Positions 11,932 through 21,448 of a stretch of 40,541 nucleotides of DNA are shown piece after piece; position 1 is the first letter of the stretch; each line of letters starts with the position of its first letter. The stretch comes from an uncultured delta proteobacterium (GTDB lineage Bacteria; Desulfobacterota; Binatia; UBA9968), in the NCBI GenBank assembly GCA_963737905.1, contig CAVTUQ010000044.1:1-40541 (forward strand), read 5' to 3'. Made by a program: the position numbers and the translations under genes. The notes under the pieces are model-generated. The model was not told where the DNA came from, made no database searches, and saw only the letters and a program-made list of their open reading frames with translations.

Positions 11932-12939
11932 CTAACCCAGAACCCCATTCTCCAGAGTTTCCAGGAGGCGCTCGATGTCTTCCGCTAGCGGCGCATAGAA
12001 TTCCATGGACGCTCCAGTCCGAGGATGAAATAGGCTAAGCCGCTCGGCATGGAGCGCTTGCCGCGAAAATGAATCCACGCTCGAAACATTGGCGCTTTTG
12101 ACCGTTGTATGCGGCCGCTTACGGCCGTAGACCTTATCCCCGATCACGGGATGGCCCAGATCAGCGAGATGGACCCGGATTTGATGAGTTCGTCCGGTCC
12201 GCGGCGTCAGTCTCAGCAAGCTAACCCAGTCAAGGCCCAGGGCTTCGTTCTTGTGCCGGAAGCATTTTACGACATTCCATTCCGTAACGGCCTCTCGTTT
12301 TCTAGCCAGCGCGTGAAGGCTGGACATTCGTTTCCGATCCGAACGGTGCCGCCCGATGGGCCGATCGATGATCCCGCGCTCGTGTTTCAGTTTCCCCAAA
12401 ACAAGCGCCAGGTATTCCTTCTTCACCTGTCGCTCCTTGAACTGCCGCGCGAGCTGTTGAAAGGCATACATGCTTTTGGCGACAATCATGACTCCAGAGG
12501 TATCTTTGTCCAACCGATGGACAATTCCTGGACGAAATTCTCCGCCGATTCCCCGCAGATCGGGACAGTGATATAAGATGGCATTGACCAAAGTTCCCGC
12601 GGTTCTGCCCGCCGCCGGGTGAACCACTATGCCGGGAGCTTTGTTGATTACGATACAGTCATCATCCTCGTAAAGAACGGTCAGAGCAATAGGTTCCGCC
12701 ACCAACCTGGGCTTTTTCGGCGGCAAGGTCTTGATCGCGACAAGATCGTTGATTTTGAGTCGTGCGCTCGCTTTTGCGGTTTTACCGTTTAAGGTGATCT
12801 GTCCGTCGGCAATTAATTTTTGAATTCCGGAACGGCTAATGCCCTCAGCTTTCATCGCACACGGCGAACAGCGAGCCAAAAAAAGATCCAGTCTCATGCC
12901 CGCCGATCGAGGGTCTATAACCTTTTTTTGAAGATTCAT
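11932..12939 (-). CDS. rluD: RluA-family 23S rRNA pseudouridine synthase (RluD-like)
   Basis: N-terminal S4 domain, RPGIVHRLDKDTSG, TGRTHQIRVH, RQALHA. Confidence 0.88.
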   Translation of the reverse strand: MNLQKKVIDPRSAGMRLDLFLARCSPCAMKAEGISRSGIQKLIADGQITLNGKTAKASARLKINDLVAIKTLPPKKPRLVAEPIALTVLYEDDDCIVINKAPGIVVHPAAGRTAGTLVNAILYHCPDLRGIGGEFRPGIVHRLDKDTSGVMIVAKSMYAFQQLARQFKERQVKKEYLALVLGKLKHERGIIDRPIGRHRSDRKRMSSLHALARKREAVTEWNVVKCFRHKNEALGLDWVSLLRLTPRTGRTHQIRVHLADLGHPVIGDKVYGRKRPHTTVKSANVSSVDSFSRQALHAERLSLFHPRTGASMEFYAPLAEDIERLLETLENGVLG

Positions 12940-13904
12940 AAAGATGAATCGCCTGGGGGATCCGCTTTGGCCCGCAGCCCAAGTCCTTCGAACACGGCTT
13001 CGGCCCGCTTTACGTCTTCGTGCATCTCCGCAATTAAATCCTCGACCCTCACGAAGTTTTTTTCGTCTCGGATTCTCTGCACGAAGGAAAGCTTTACCCC
13101 TTCGCCGTATAGGTTCCCTTCAAAATCCAAGATAAAACTTTCCACAGTTCTCGAGCCGCCGCCAAAGGTCGGGTTAACGCCGACGCTGGAAACACTCAAC
13201 CATTGTTTACTCTTGAGTTGAATGAGTGTCGCATAGATGCCGTTCAGAGGAACGACTTCCGTCTGGGCTGCAATATTCGCGGTCGGAAATCCTAGCGTCT
13301 GCCCTCGGCGGTGTCCGGTGACTACGCGACCCGAGACAAAGTGGTAGCGCCCCAGCATGGGTCGAACTTCATCCACACGACCCGCTTCAACCAACTGGCG
13401 GATTCTCGTGCTGCTGATTCGAACGCCATCGAGCAAAATGGGATCTAAAACACTCACCTCGAATCCGGCACCGGGGGCCAACCGCAACAGATCCTCCGTT
13501 CCGCCTTTTCTACCTTGACCAAAACGCAAGTCCCGCCCCACCCATAATTTTCTAACCTTCAGGCGGTCCACCAGGAACCGCCTGACGAAATCATCCGCCG
13601 CAATGCTTGCAAAATCGCGGTCAAACCGCTGGGCTACAACAATATCGACCCCTATGCCTTCCAGCAGGTCCATTTTGTCTTCGTAAGAGAGGATGAGCAG
13701 AGGCGCGCGTTCAGGAGCAAGAATTTTTAGCGGATGGGGCTCAAACGTCAAAACAGTCGAAGGGTAACCCAGCCGCCTCGATTCCTCCACCGTATTGCGC
13801 ACCAGAATTTGATGCCCGAGATGGATACCGTCGAAATTACCCATAGTAGCGACGGTTCCTGAGATGGCAAGCCCTGGTTCGTCTATATGACGAAAAATTT
13901 TCAT
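12936..13904 (-). CDS. ribF: Bifunctional riboflavin kinase/FAD synthetase
   Basis: GNFDGIHLGH, TFEPHP, ISSTRIR, GFPTAN. Confidence 0.96.
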   Translation of the reverse strand: MKIFRHIDEPGLAISGTVATMGNFDGIHLGHQILVRNTVEESRRLGYPSTVLTFEPHPLKILAPERAPLLILSYEDKMDLLEGIGVDIVVAQRFDRDFASIAADDFVRRFLVDRLKVRKLWVGRDLRFGQGRKGGTEDLLRLAPGAGFEVSVLDPILLDGVRISSTRIRQLVEAGRVDEVRPMLGRYHFVSGRVVTGHRRGQTLGFPTANIAAQTEVVPLNGIYATLIQLKSKQWLSVSSVGVNPTFGGGSRTVESFILDFEGNLYGEGVKLSFVQRIRDEKNFVRVEDLIAEMHEDVKRAEAVFEGLGLRAKADPPGDSSL

Positions 13905-14017
13905 TGTTTCCCTCCCTCATCCCAGGAGGACTAACCGCGAGGCCTCGACTGGGAAACGAAGGGGCGACCGGCAGTGGAATGGTAACGGAGTCTAATACCG
14001 TCAGGCTGGTTGCCTGA

Positions 14018-14845
14018 TTACGATTCTAGCGACTTTAGTCGTTGTTTGGCTCTCACCGCTTCGGGAGACTGTGGATATCTCTCGACCACCTCCTGGAGAA
14101 TGAGCCGTGCATTGACTTTCTCTCCAAGCTCTGCGAAGGAAAAACCCTGCTTCAAAAGCGCGGCTGGGGTCTTCTCCCCCTGCGGATATTTTCGGACCGC
14201 ATCAAATTCGACAACCGCCCGGTCGAATTCTTTGAGCGCATAATAGCTTTCACCCACCCAGTATTGCGCATTGACCGCAAGGGTGCTCTTGGGGTACTTC
14301 TTGATAAATTCCTTGAATCGGCCAATGGCTGCCCTATAGTCTTTCTTATCCAGGGTTCGCCAGGCGGCTTCGTAATCTCTCCTAATCGCATCGGACTCCG
14401 CGGCCGCTCCCTCGGCAAGGCCATCGCTCGGCACGGTTTTCTTTTGGGCCTCTAGGGTCTCGCGGAGTTGCTGGATCGCCTCCTCACGCGACTTCAGCAC
14501 CTCTCCTTGCGCCTTCAAGTCTTCGTCGAGCTTCGCCAACCGGGTTTCCAAATTCTTTACTCTTTGGTCTCCTTCACGACTCGTTTGGCCGATTTGTCTG
14601 CCGACTTGGACTCGGGCTTCGTCGACCCTTTCTTTGAGGGCGCTCACGTCTCGTTGCATCTGCTGCATGTTAGCGCGGGTGTCGGCTAAAGTGCCGCGCA
14701 TCGAATCCAAATCCGACTGCATGGCGTTTGTGTCGGCGCGCATGCGCCGCTGTTCGCGCTCGATGAGATCGATCTGTTGGGAAGGCGCGCAGCCAACCAT
14801 CGAACTGATGATAACGGCCAAAAAACAAAAATGAATCGTTTTCAT
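14018..14845 (-). CDS. cpoB: Tol-Pal system protein YbgF/CpoB (lipoprotein, coiled coil plus TPR)
   Basis: Lipobox MVGC, coiled coil, NAQYWVGESYY and ALLKQG TPR motifs; follows pal. Confidence 0.9.
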   Translation of the reverse strand: MKTIHFCFLAVIISSMVGCAPSQQIDLIEREQRRMRADTNAMQSDLDSMRGTLADTRANMQQMQRDVSALKERVDEARVQVGRQIGQTSREGDQRVKNLETRLAKLDEDLKAQGEVLKSREEAIQQLRETLEAQKKTVPSDGLAEGAAAESDAIRRDYEAAWRTLDKKDYRAAIGRFKEFIKKYPKSTLAVNAQYWVGESYYALKEFDRAVVEFDAVRKYPQGEKTPAALLKQGFSFAELGEKVNARLILQEVVERYPQSPEAVRAKQRLKSLES

Positions 14846-14881
14846 AGAAGGGCGAACCACGAGGGAGCGCGCCGCACGAAT

Positions 14882-15457
14882 TTATGAAGCCGGTCGGCCT
14901 TGGATGATCACAAAACGTGCCCGCCGGTTTTGATGCCAGCAGCTCTCGTTTTGCTCTTTGCACACGGGAATCTCTTCACCGTAACTAATGGTCGATAGTC
15001 GCTCGACAGAGATTCCAAGGGTGATCAAATAGTCCTTCGCTGCCTGGGCTCTCTTTGCTCCGAGAGCCAAGTTATACTCGTTGGTTCCGCGCTCGTCAGT
15101 GTGGCCTTCGATTTCGACTCTCGCCGCCGAGTTTCGCTTCAGCCAATCCGCATTCGCTTTGAGGGTTTCGCGCGCCTCGCCTTCCAAATCGTAACGATCG
15201 AAACTAAAGTAAATATCCTTGAGCGGGCCCGATGTGGGTGGCTTCCCCTTCTGCAGCTGATCCAAGCTCGATTGACCCGGCGTTGTAGATTCGCCGGTCG
15301 CGCTCCGACCCTCACCGGGACGGCCATCCCCGGGCTTGGTCGCAGCCGATGACGTAGCGCTAGGCTCCGGTTTATCCGTGGCAGACGGAGAACAGCCCAC
15401 CGCTGCCAAAACGATAGTTAACAGTCCGCAGCATACCAGTTTATTCACCGCCGCCAT
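14882..15457 (-). CDS. pal: Peptidoglycan-associated lipoprotein
   Basis: Lipobox AVGC; IEGHTDERGTNEYNLALG, ISYGEE, NRRA. Confidence 0.96.
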   Translation of the reverse strand: MAAVNKLVCCGLLTIVLAAVGCSPSATDKPEPSATSSAATKPGDGRPGEGRSATGESTTPGQSSLDQLQKGKPPTSGPLKDIYFSFDRYDLEGEARETLKANADWLKRNSAARVEIEGHTDERGTNEYNLALGAKRAQAAKDYLITLGISVERLSTISYGEEIPVCKEQNESCWHQNRRARFVIIQGRPAS

Positions 15458-15504
15458 CACATACTCCTTATTTTTGGGATACGCACACATGAACTGAGGA
15501 CAAA

Positions 15505-16830
15505 TTACTCTAACCGAGGGGACCAGCTAGGTTTTGTATCATCTCCCCCGGAACCTGTCAATCTACGTTGGCTTTCTCCATTCGCCTGCATGACGTACAG
15601 ATGATACTTTCCCGCTCGATTGGACGAGAACGCGATGAATCTTCCGTCAGGAGACCATGTCGGATCCTCGCTGTCCGCCGACTCTGCCGTTAGTTTACGC
15701 GGCTCTCCGCCCTCTACCCCAATCGTAAAAATTGCAAACCGGTTTCCCACTCTGCCGGTATATGCGATTCGATCGCCTCGCGGTGACCATTCGGGGGACG
15801 TATTATAATTACCACTATAGGTGAGACGACGAGATTTGCTGCTCGCCACATCGAGAACGTAGACCTGAGGGGAGCCGCTCCGATCTGACACGAATGCCAA
15901 CTGTCGACTGTCCGGCGACCACGCGGGCGAGACTTCAATACCGGGACTATCGGTGAGGCTACGCACCAGGTTGCCATTGCGGTCCAGCAAAACGATATTG
16001 CTGTTCCCCCCCGTTTCTACGGTGGCGGCAATGAATTGGCCGTCGGGTGAAGCTTTGCCTCCTAAATATCTCCCGTTGCGAGGGGTCATCTTGACCTCCT
16101 TACCGCTATACAGCTCAAAGAGATAAAGGCTGCTATTCCGATCCTTGTAGGAGGTATACAGCACCGATTTGCCATCGGGCGTCCATGACGGCGAAAGGTT
16201 GATCGTATGGTTATTGGTGACCTGAAATTTTTCACTTCCGTCGAGATGAGCGATATGAATCTCCTTGAACCGGCCTCCGCTTGTAGAGACATAGGCAATC
16301 CGTGTATTGAAGATTCCCGGAACGCCCGTGAACTGGTTGATAATCTCATCGGCAAACTTGTGGGCGATGCGTCGATAGTCCTTGACTCGACCGACATAGC
16401 GTTTACCGACCCTCTCTTTGTTTTGGAAAACGTCAAAGAGGCGCAACTCCACGGTAACTTCGTCACCTTGGACCGTGAAGCCTCCTTTGACTAAGCCCTC
16501 CGCTCCGATCGTCGACCAATCCTTGAAATCAAAACTACCCAGTGCCACGCCGGTCTTCTGCGGGTTCTCGATATACGCGGCACGGTCTAACACCTTAAAC
16601 CATCCCGACAGATCGAGGTCATAAACAATCGTATCGGCGATCCCTTCAGACAGTCTTGCAACGTCGGTTGTCGTTCCCAAATTTTTCAGCGGAGACACAG
16701 CGATGGGAAACTTCAAGCCTCCCTGACCAACGATTTCTCCCCTTACTCCTGTTTCTGCCTTGGGTTGCGCGTTCGCTGCCCAAGGATTGAGAATCAGTAA
16801 TAGCGCGGCAAAAACAATTTTGACCATCAT
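15505..16830 (-). CDS. tolB: Tol-Pal beta-propeller protein TolB
   Basis: Signal peptide, AHKFADEI, TRIAYV, repeated PxWSPDG (PD40). Confidence 0.95.
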   Translation of the reverse strand: MMVKIVFAALLLILNPWAANAQPKAETGVRGEIVGQGGLKFPIAVSPLKNLGTTTDVARLSEGIADTIVYDLDLSGWFKVLDRAAYIENPQKTGVALGSFDFKDWSTIGAEGLVKGGFTVQGDEVTVELRLFDVFQNKERVGKRYVGRVKDYRRIAHKFADEIINQFTGVPGIFNTRIAYVSTSGGRFKEIHIAHLDGSEKFQVTNNHTINLSPSWTPDGKSVLYTSYKDRNSSLYLFELYSGKEVKMTPRNGRYLGGKASPDGQFIAATVETGGNSNIVLLDRNGNLVRSLTDSPGIEVSPAWSPDSRQLAFVSDRSGSPQVYVLDVASSKSRRLTYSGNYNTSPEWSPRGDRIAYTGRVGNRFAIFTIGVEGGEPRKLTAESADSEDPTWSPDGRFIAFSSNRAGKYHLYVMQANGESQRRLTGSGGDDTKPSWSPRLE

Positions 16831-16832
16831 CA

Positions 16833-17753
16833 CTAGGCTCCCAAGTCTTTCGGTCGAAATGTTAATTCAACATCCGCAAAATCTTTGCGGGAACCCTCCG
16901 GCGGTGGCGGTAGAGGGCTAGACTTCTTCACGGCTCTGAGGACCGACTCGTCATAGGAAGGATCTCCTGACGGCTGAACAATCTTCAATCCAGCGATTTC
17001 CCCGTTGTCTTTAATGCTAAAGTGAACGACAACCCTGAGGTTACTTTTCTGCCCCACCCAGGCCCAATTGTCCTTAATGCTGCTGAGCATCCGATTTTGA
17101 TAGATGATAAACTCCATCCCTTTGACCACCCCTCCGCCACGTCCACCCGGACCCAACGCCGCCGCTCCCTCCCCCTCACCCTCACCCGAGCTGATGACGT
17201 CTCCTTTGGAGGGCTTCTCCGCACCTTCCGTGCGACTTTTTGCGCGATCCACAGCGGACTGGATCAACCTTTCTCGCACCCGATCCAACGACGCTTCCTC
17301 GTTCTTGGACTCACTCTTGGTGTCCTTGGTCGGCTCTTTCTTCAGCGGCTCTTTTTTTGTAGCTTCTTTCAGCGCCACCTTTTCTTCCCGCGGCGCCTCC
17401 TTCTCTACCGGTTTAGGTTTTTCCTTTTTTGTCTCCTGCTTGGCTTCCTGCACCGGAGGTGGAATTTCCGCTGCCGTCTTTTTTGGGGACGGCTTGGGAA
17501 CCGAAGGAGGTATCAGTTCCGTACCCAGATTGCTCCGCCCGATCTTTTCTCCTCCAACTAAATCCACGGTATAAACCGGATAGCTCGGCCGATTTCCGGA
17601 CGGCAGAAATGGCACTACGAAGAGAGCCGAAATCAAAGCACCGTGAAGCAACAAGGAGAAAAAGAGCCACTTCGAAAGCTTATCTTCGTGATCACTGAGA
17701 GGAAGCGATCGCTCCCGTGAACTTATGGTGTCAGTGGATTGACGTCCCGCCAT
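16833..17753 (-). CDS. tolA: TolA/TonB-family energy transducer
   Basis: N-terminal TM with SLLLHG, K/E/P-rich linker, C-terminal SGDPSYDESVLRAV; lies between tolR and tolB. Confidence 0.85.
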   Translation of the reverse strand: MAGRQSTDTISSRERSLPLSDHEDKLSKWLFFSLLLHGALISALFVVPFLPSGNRPSYPVYTVDLVGGEKIGRSNLGTELIPPSVPKPSPKKTAAEIPPPVQEAKQETKKEKPKPVEKEAPREEKVALKEATKKEPLKKEPTKDTKSESKNEEASLDRVRERLIQSAVDRAKSRTEGAEKPSKGDVISSGEGEGEGAAALGPGGRGGGVVKGMEFIIYQNRMLSSIKDNWAWVGQKSNLRVVVHFSIKDNGEIAGLKIVQPSGDPSYDESVLRAVKKSSPLPPPPEGSRKDFADVELTFRPKDLGA

Positions 17754-17759
17754 CGATAG

Positions 17760-18182
17760 CTATTTCTCATCGGAAGACGGCCGCGTAACCATACCCAATC
17801 GCTCGATACCGGCCTGTTTGATTTCCGCAATCGTTTTCATCACCAACCCGTATCGAACATCTTGATCGGCCCGTAGGTAAACCTGTTTATCCGCTTGCAA
17901 CTTACGGATGGCACGCAGCTTGTCTCCCAACTCCGCCAGAGTCAGCGGGTTATCATTCAGGTAAACCTTCCCGCTTTTGGAAATCGTTACTACCAATAAT
18001 TCTTCCGTTCCTGGAATCGCCCCGGCTTTCGCCTGTGGCAGATTGACCTGTACGCCTTGCTGAATAATGGGGGCCGTCACCATGAAAATGACTAGCAGCA
18101 CCAACATCACGTCAACCAGCGGCGTAACGTTAATCTGCGAAATGGTTGTCGCATCACGCTGCGAGGACGCATCCATCGCCAT
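17760..18182 (-). CDS. tolR: TolR
   Basis: INVTPLVDVMLVLLVIFMVTAP. Confidence 0.93.
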   Translation of the reverse strand: MAMDASSQRDATTISQINVTPLVDVMLVLLVIFMVTAPIIQQGVQVNLPQAKAGAIPGTEELLVVTISKSGKVYLNDNPLTLAELGDKLRAIRKLQADKQVYLRADQDVRYGLVMKTIAEIKQAGIERLGMVTRPSSDEK

Positions 18183-18199
18183 AGTGGCCTCCTGTAAAG

Positions 18200-18940
18200 T
18201 TACTTAAAAAAGTGTCGCTCGGCGATATTAAGAAACTCATGAGAGAAATTGTCCATTTCGACGGCAAGCACTTTAGTCTGCTGGACAAAGTAGTTGTAGG
18301 CCATAAGAGCGGGAATCGCAGCCGCCAAACCGACCGCCGTTGCGATGAGAGCCTCTGCAATGCCGGGTGCTACCGCTTGGATGCTCGAAGAATGGGTCAC
18401 ACTCAATCCTCGAAAGGCGTTCATAATCCCCCACACCGTACCGAACAAGCCGATAAACGGTGCGGCGCTTGCCGTGGTCGCTAGGAACGTTAAGTATTTT
18501 TCCAGCTTGGTGATCTCCACGCTTGTGGCGCGCTTCATGGCGCGAGTGACGTTCTCGACTCCACCCAGCTCCGTTGTCAAGCCCTCGCCGGAAGAGCTTT
18601 CCTTTTTGGTGCGCGATACCCGGACCAGTTCTTCGTATCCCGATCGAAATACTTGCGCCACTGGACACGCTTTGAGATCCCGGCTGGCCTCGTGAATCGA
18701 TGAAAGATTCCGTCGTTCCCAAAAGACATCGATGAATTTCTCAGACTCTCGCTTCGCTCTTCTCAGCTGGCGAAATTTATATACAATGATACCCCAACTG
18801 GCCACCGAGAACAAAATCAGCAGATACAGAATAAACTGAACAACGGGCCCGGATCCCCGAACCAAATCAAGAATACCGTGCTGGGGGGATGCAGCCAGCC
18901 CATCTTGGGCCAACAAGCGGAGCAACCAGAGGGAAGTCAT
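18200..18940 (-). CDS. tolQ: TolQ
   Basis: PFIGLFGTVWGIM, VAPGIAEALIATAVGL. Confidence 0.94.
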   Translation of the reverse strand: MTSLWLLRLLAQDGLAASPQHGILDLVRGSGPVVQFILYLLILFSVASWGIIVYKFRQLRRAKRESEKFIDVFWERRNLSSIHEASRDLKACPVAQVFRSGYEELVRVSRTKKESSSGEGLTTELGGVENVTRAMKRATSVEITKLEKYLTFLATTASAAPFIGLFGTVWGIMNAFRGLSVTHSSSIQAVAPGIAEALIATAVGLAAAIPALMAYNYFVQQTKVLAVEMDNFSHEFLNIAERHFFK

Positions 18941-19057
18941 TACGAGTTTGAGGAACGATTAAAAAAAGTATTATATAAGCACTATAATTAGTCAATTGGG
19001 AAATAAATTTTTGTTGCGGGCAAGGTGTCGGAAAGTTTCTTTCCAGAGGGAGCCGTT

Positions 19058-20236
19058 ATGATTCGGCGAATCGAAGACCTTGATCTACAAAATAAGATAG
19101 TTTTTTTACGTGTGGATTTCAATGTCCCCATTGAACAGGGCAGGATTACCGAGACCCATCGCATCGAAGGGGCGCTTCCCACAATCAGGCTGATATTGGA
19201 TCGCGCGAAAAAACTGGTGGTGGCGTCGCACCTGGGCAGACCGGACGGCAAGGTGGTACCCAAGTACAGTTTGAGACCGGTACGCGATTACCTGGAACAA
19301 TCCCTGAATCAACCGGTATCGTTAGCACCCGATTGTATCGGTCCCGAAGTTGAGCGAATGGTCCGAGAGCCCAATCGCCGCCTTGTCCTGCTCGAGAATC
19401 TTCGCTTTCACAAAGAAGAAGAAAAGAACGACATGGCCTTCTCGAAGGCGCTCGCGTCTTTGGCCGATGTCTATGTGGATGACGCCTTCGGCGCGGCTCA
19501 TCGAGCGCATGCTTCGATCTCCGGAATGACAGCATTTTTCGAACAAAAAGGAGCCGGCTTGTTGCTTCACAAGGAACTGGATTACCTCTCACGATTACTT
19601 TCGAATCCGGAAAGGCCTTTTGTCACTATTCTCGGGGGCGCTAAAGTATCCGACAAGATCGGTGTGATCAGAAACCTGCTGCCGAAGATCAATACCCTGC
19701 TCATCGGCGGCGGGATGGCCTACACATTTCTGAGGGCCGCGGGCAGCGACATCGGCAGATCATTAGTGGAAGCAGACAAGGTGCCTTTGGCCAGAGAGCT
19801 ATTAACACAAGCGGCTGCGCAAGGGGTGTCAACACACTTGCCGCAGGATCATATCACGGGTGACAGCGAAAAAAAGAATCCGACGGTGTGCAGAGGCAAC
19901 ATCCCGGCGGATCGGATGGCGCTGGATATCGGTCCCCAGACCATCGCGCAATTTTCACAGGAATTGAAACAGGCAAGAATGGTACTCTGGAATGGTCCGG
20001 TAGGACTGTTTGAAGTGGAACCCTATAGTAAAGGGAGTCGGGCGTTGGCGCAAACACTTGCCGAGGGTTATCCGGGCGTCGTCAGTGTCATTGCCGGTGG
20101 CGACACCGTGGCCGCAGTTACAGCAGCCGGCGTTGCGGCAAAAATCACCCATCTTTCTACCGGAGGTGGAGCGACGCTTGAGTTTTTGGAAGGGAAGGAA
20201 CTCCCGGGAATCCAAGCTCTTGAAGAAAGGCCATGA
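19058..20236 (+). CDS. pgk: Phosphoglycerate kinase
   Basis: RVDFNVP, SHLGRP, LLENLRF, GGAKVSDKI, STGGGATLEFLEG; ATG at 19058 after GAGGGAG. Confidence 0.97.
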   Translation: MIRRIEDLDLQNKIVFLRVDFNVPIEQGRITETHRIEGALPTIRLILDRAKKLVVASHLGRPDGKVVPKYSLRPVRDYLEQSLNQPVSLAPDCIGPEVERMVREPNRRLVLLENLRFHKEEEKNDMAFSKALASLADVYVDDAFGAAHRAHASISGMTAFFEQKGAGLLLHKELDYLSRLLSNPERPFVTILGGAKVSDKIGVIRNLLPKINTLLIGGGMAYTFLRAAGSDIGRSLVEADKVPLARELLTQAAAQGVSTHLPQDHITGDSEKKNPTVCRGNIPADRMALDIGPQTIAQFSQELKQARMVLWNGPVGLFEVEPYSKGSRALAQTLAEGYPGVVSVIAGGDTVAAVTAAGVAAKITHLSTGGGATLEFLEGKELPGIQALEERP

Positions 20237-20345
20237 ATACGCTTTTGGCGTTGGCAACTGGCAAAGTATAATACCAGGCGTTAGAATCGCGTTGAAGGCG
20301 ATTGCGAAAGGTGATATAGAAAATTTCTGAAAAATCATCCACGAG
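20233..20345 (+). pseudogene. tpiA: Decayed, internally deleted remnant of triosephosphate isomerase
   Basis: ATG overlaps the pgk stop (ATGA); GGC AAC TGG (GNW) at 20253-20261 followed by ..TAT AAT ACC (YNT); D-I-E-N-F-*-K-I-I-H at 20313-20342; occupies the tpiA slot of pgk-tpiA-secG. Confidence 0.6.
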
Positions 20346-20409
20346 CCTGCACATAGCATAAGAAACCTTTGGTTCGTAGTCGATTGTTTGAACGACAAAT
20401 AATTTGTAT

Positions 20410-20805
20410 ATGGTTATCGCAATTACCATTATTCATGTTATCGTCAGCATCGGTCTGATTCTGGTCGTTTTGCTGCAAACCGGCAAGGCGGACATGGGTG
20501 CGGTATTCGGCGGCGGCTCGAGTTCAACCATCTTCGGCAGCAGTGGTGCGGGCAATTTTCTCACAAAGTTGACGACGGGGATGGCTATTGTCTTCATGAT
20601 GACATCGCTAACCCTCGGCTATTTTGCGGGACATAAGCCATCGGCAACTATTTTTGACAGCCGCACACCCACGTCTCAAACTACGTCTCCTGTGGCGGAA
20701 ACACCGCCGGGTCAAAAGCAAAGCGACGTACCCCGTAACGCGCCGACAGAGACGGCGCCAACTTCACCACAAGCGACCCAGCCAGAAAAATCACCCAAAC
20801 CATAA
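20410..20805 (+). CDS. secG: Preprotein translocase subunit SecG
   Basis: VVLLQTGKADMGAVFGGG, GAGNFLTKLT; two TM segments; followed by tRNA-Leu. Confidence 0.95.
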   Translation: MVIAITIIHVIVSIGLILVVLLQTGKADMGAVFGGGSSSTIFGSSGAGNFLTKLTTGMAIVFMMTSLTLGYFAGHKPSATIFDSRTPTSQTTSPVAETPPGQKQSDVPRNAPTETAPTSPQATQPEKSPKP

Positions 20806-20819
20806 TTATTCATTGGATT

Positions 20820-20906
20820 GCGAGGATGGCGGAATCGGCAGACGCGCTAGTTTGAGGGGCTAGTGCCAGAAATGGCGTGGGGGTTCAAATCCCCCTCCTC
20901 GCACCA
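20820..20906 (+). tRNA. tRNA-Leu(GAG)
   Basis: Acceptor stem GCGAGGA/TCCTCGC, anticodon arm CTAGT-TTGAGGG-GCTAG, long variable arm, GGTTCAAATCC T-loop, encoded CCA. Confidence 0.97.
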
Positions 20907-21104
20907 ATTGGAACCAGAACTCTTCTGAGTGCGAAGTAAATAGACCGCCGAGTGATCAAAACCCATTCCGATGTGACAGAGTCTTTTCATTTTTGTCAGT
21001 GTCACGCTGAAGCTGTCCATTTTTCCTCTTGGTGACCTAAAACCGCGTCACGACAAGACTGCTATTACCCTTCAAAAACAGTGTAATAGGAAGCCGCTGG
21101 CCCA

Positions 21105-21120
21105 TGGCATGCGGCTTGCT
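21105..21120 (+). promoter_or_regulatory. sigma54 (-24/-12) promoter
   Basis: TGGCAT-GCGGC-TTGCT versus consensus TGGCAC-N5-TTGCW, 26 nt before the HTH gene ATG. Confidence 0.75.
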
Positions 21121-21146
21121 GGGTGAGTGAGGATTCAGGAGCTGCT

Positions 21147-21356
21147 ATGTCTATAAAAAAAACCGATATGGCGATAAGATTACTAACCCTCGCGGAAGCT
21201 GCCGGCATTTTAAAGATTTCGAAACGCACCTTGCATCGGATGATCCAGCAGAAGCAGATTCCGGCGTTCAAAGTCGGTGGACAGTGGCGCATCCTGGAAA
21301 GCCGCTTTCAGGAATGGGTCCAAGAGGAAGAAAACGCCGTACCCAAACCCACCTAA
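21147..21356 (+). CDS. Small excisionase-like/MerR-type HTH DNA-binding protein (HTH_17)
   Basis: LLTLAEAAGILKISKRTLHRMIQQKQIPAFKVGGQWRI; AGGAG RBS; 69 aa. Confidence 0.9.
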   Translation: MSIKKTDMAIRLLTLAEAAGILKISKRTLHRMIQQKQIPAFKVGGQWRILESRFQEWVQEEENAVPKPT

Positions 21357-21426
21357 GGATCGCTCTAAAGCGACCAACCCCATCCCTCTATCCCTGTCTT
21401 CACGTTCTTTCCTTCAATTTACAACG

Positions 21427-21442
21427 CCGCCTCGATAGGCGG
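21427..21442. terminator. Hairpin between the convergent HTH and UbiD genes, possible terminator
   Basis: CCGCCT-CGAT-AGGCGG; no strong U-tract. Confidence 0.3.
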
Positions 21443-21448
21443 ATTCAC

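Noticed and set aside
13905-14017. FMN riboswitch upstream of ribF
   Set aside because: The spacer is short and lacks the RFN consensus (AGGGCGGGG...AAUUCCCGACCG)
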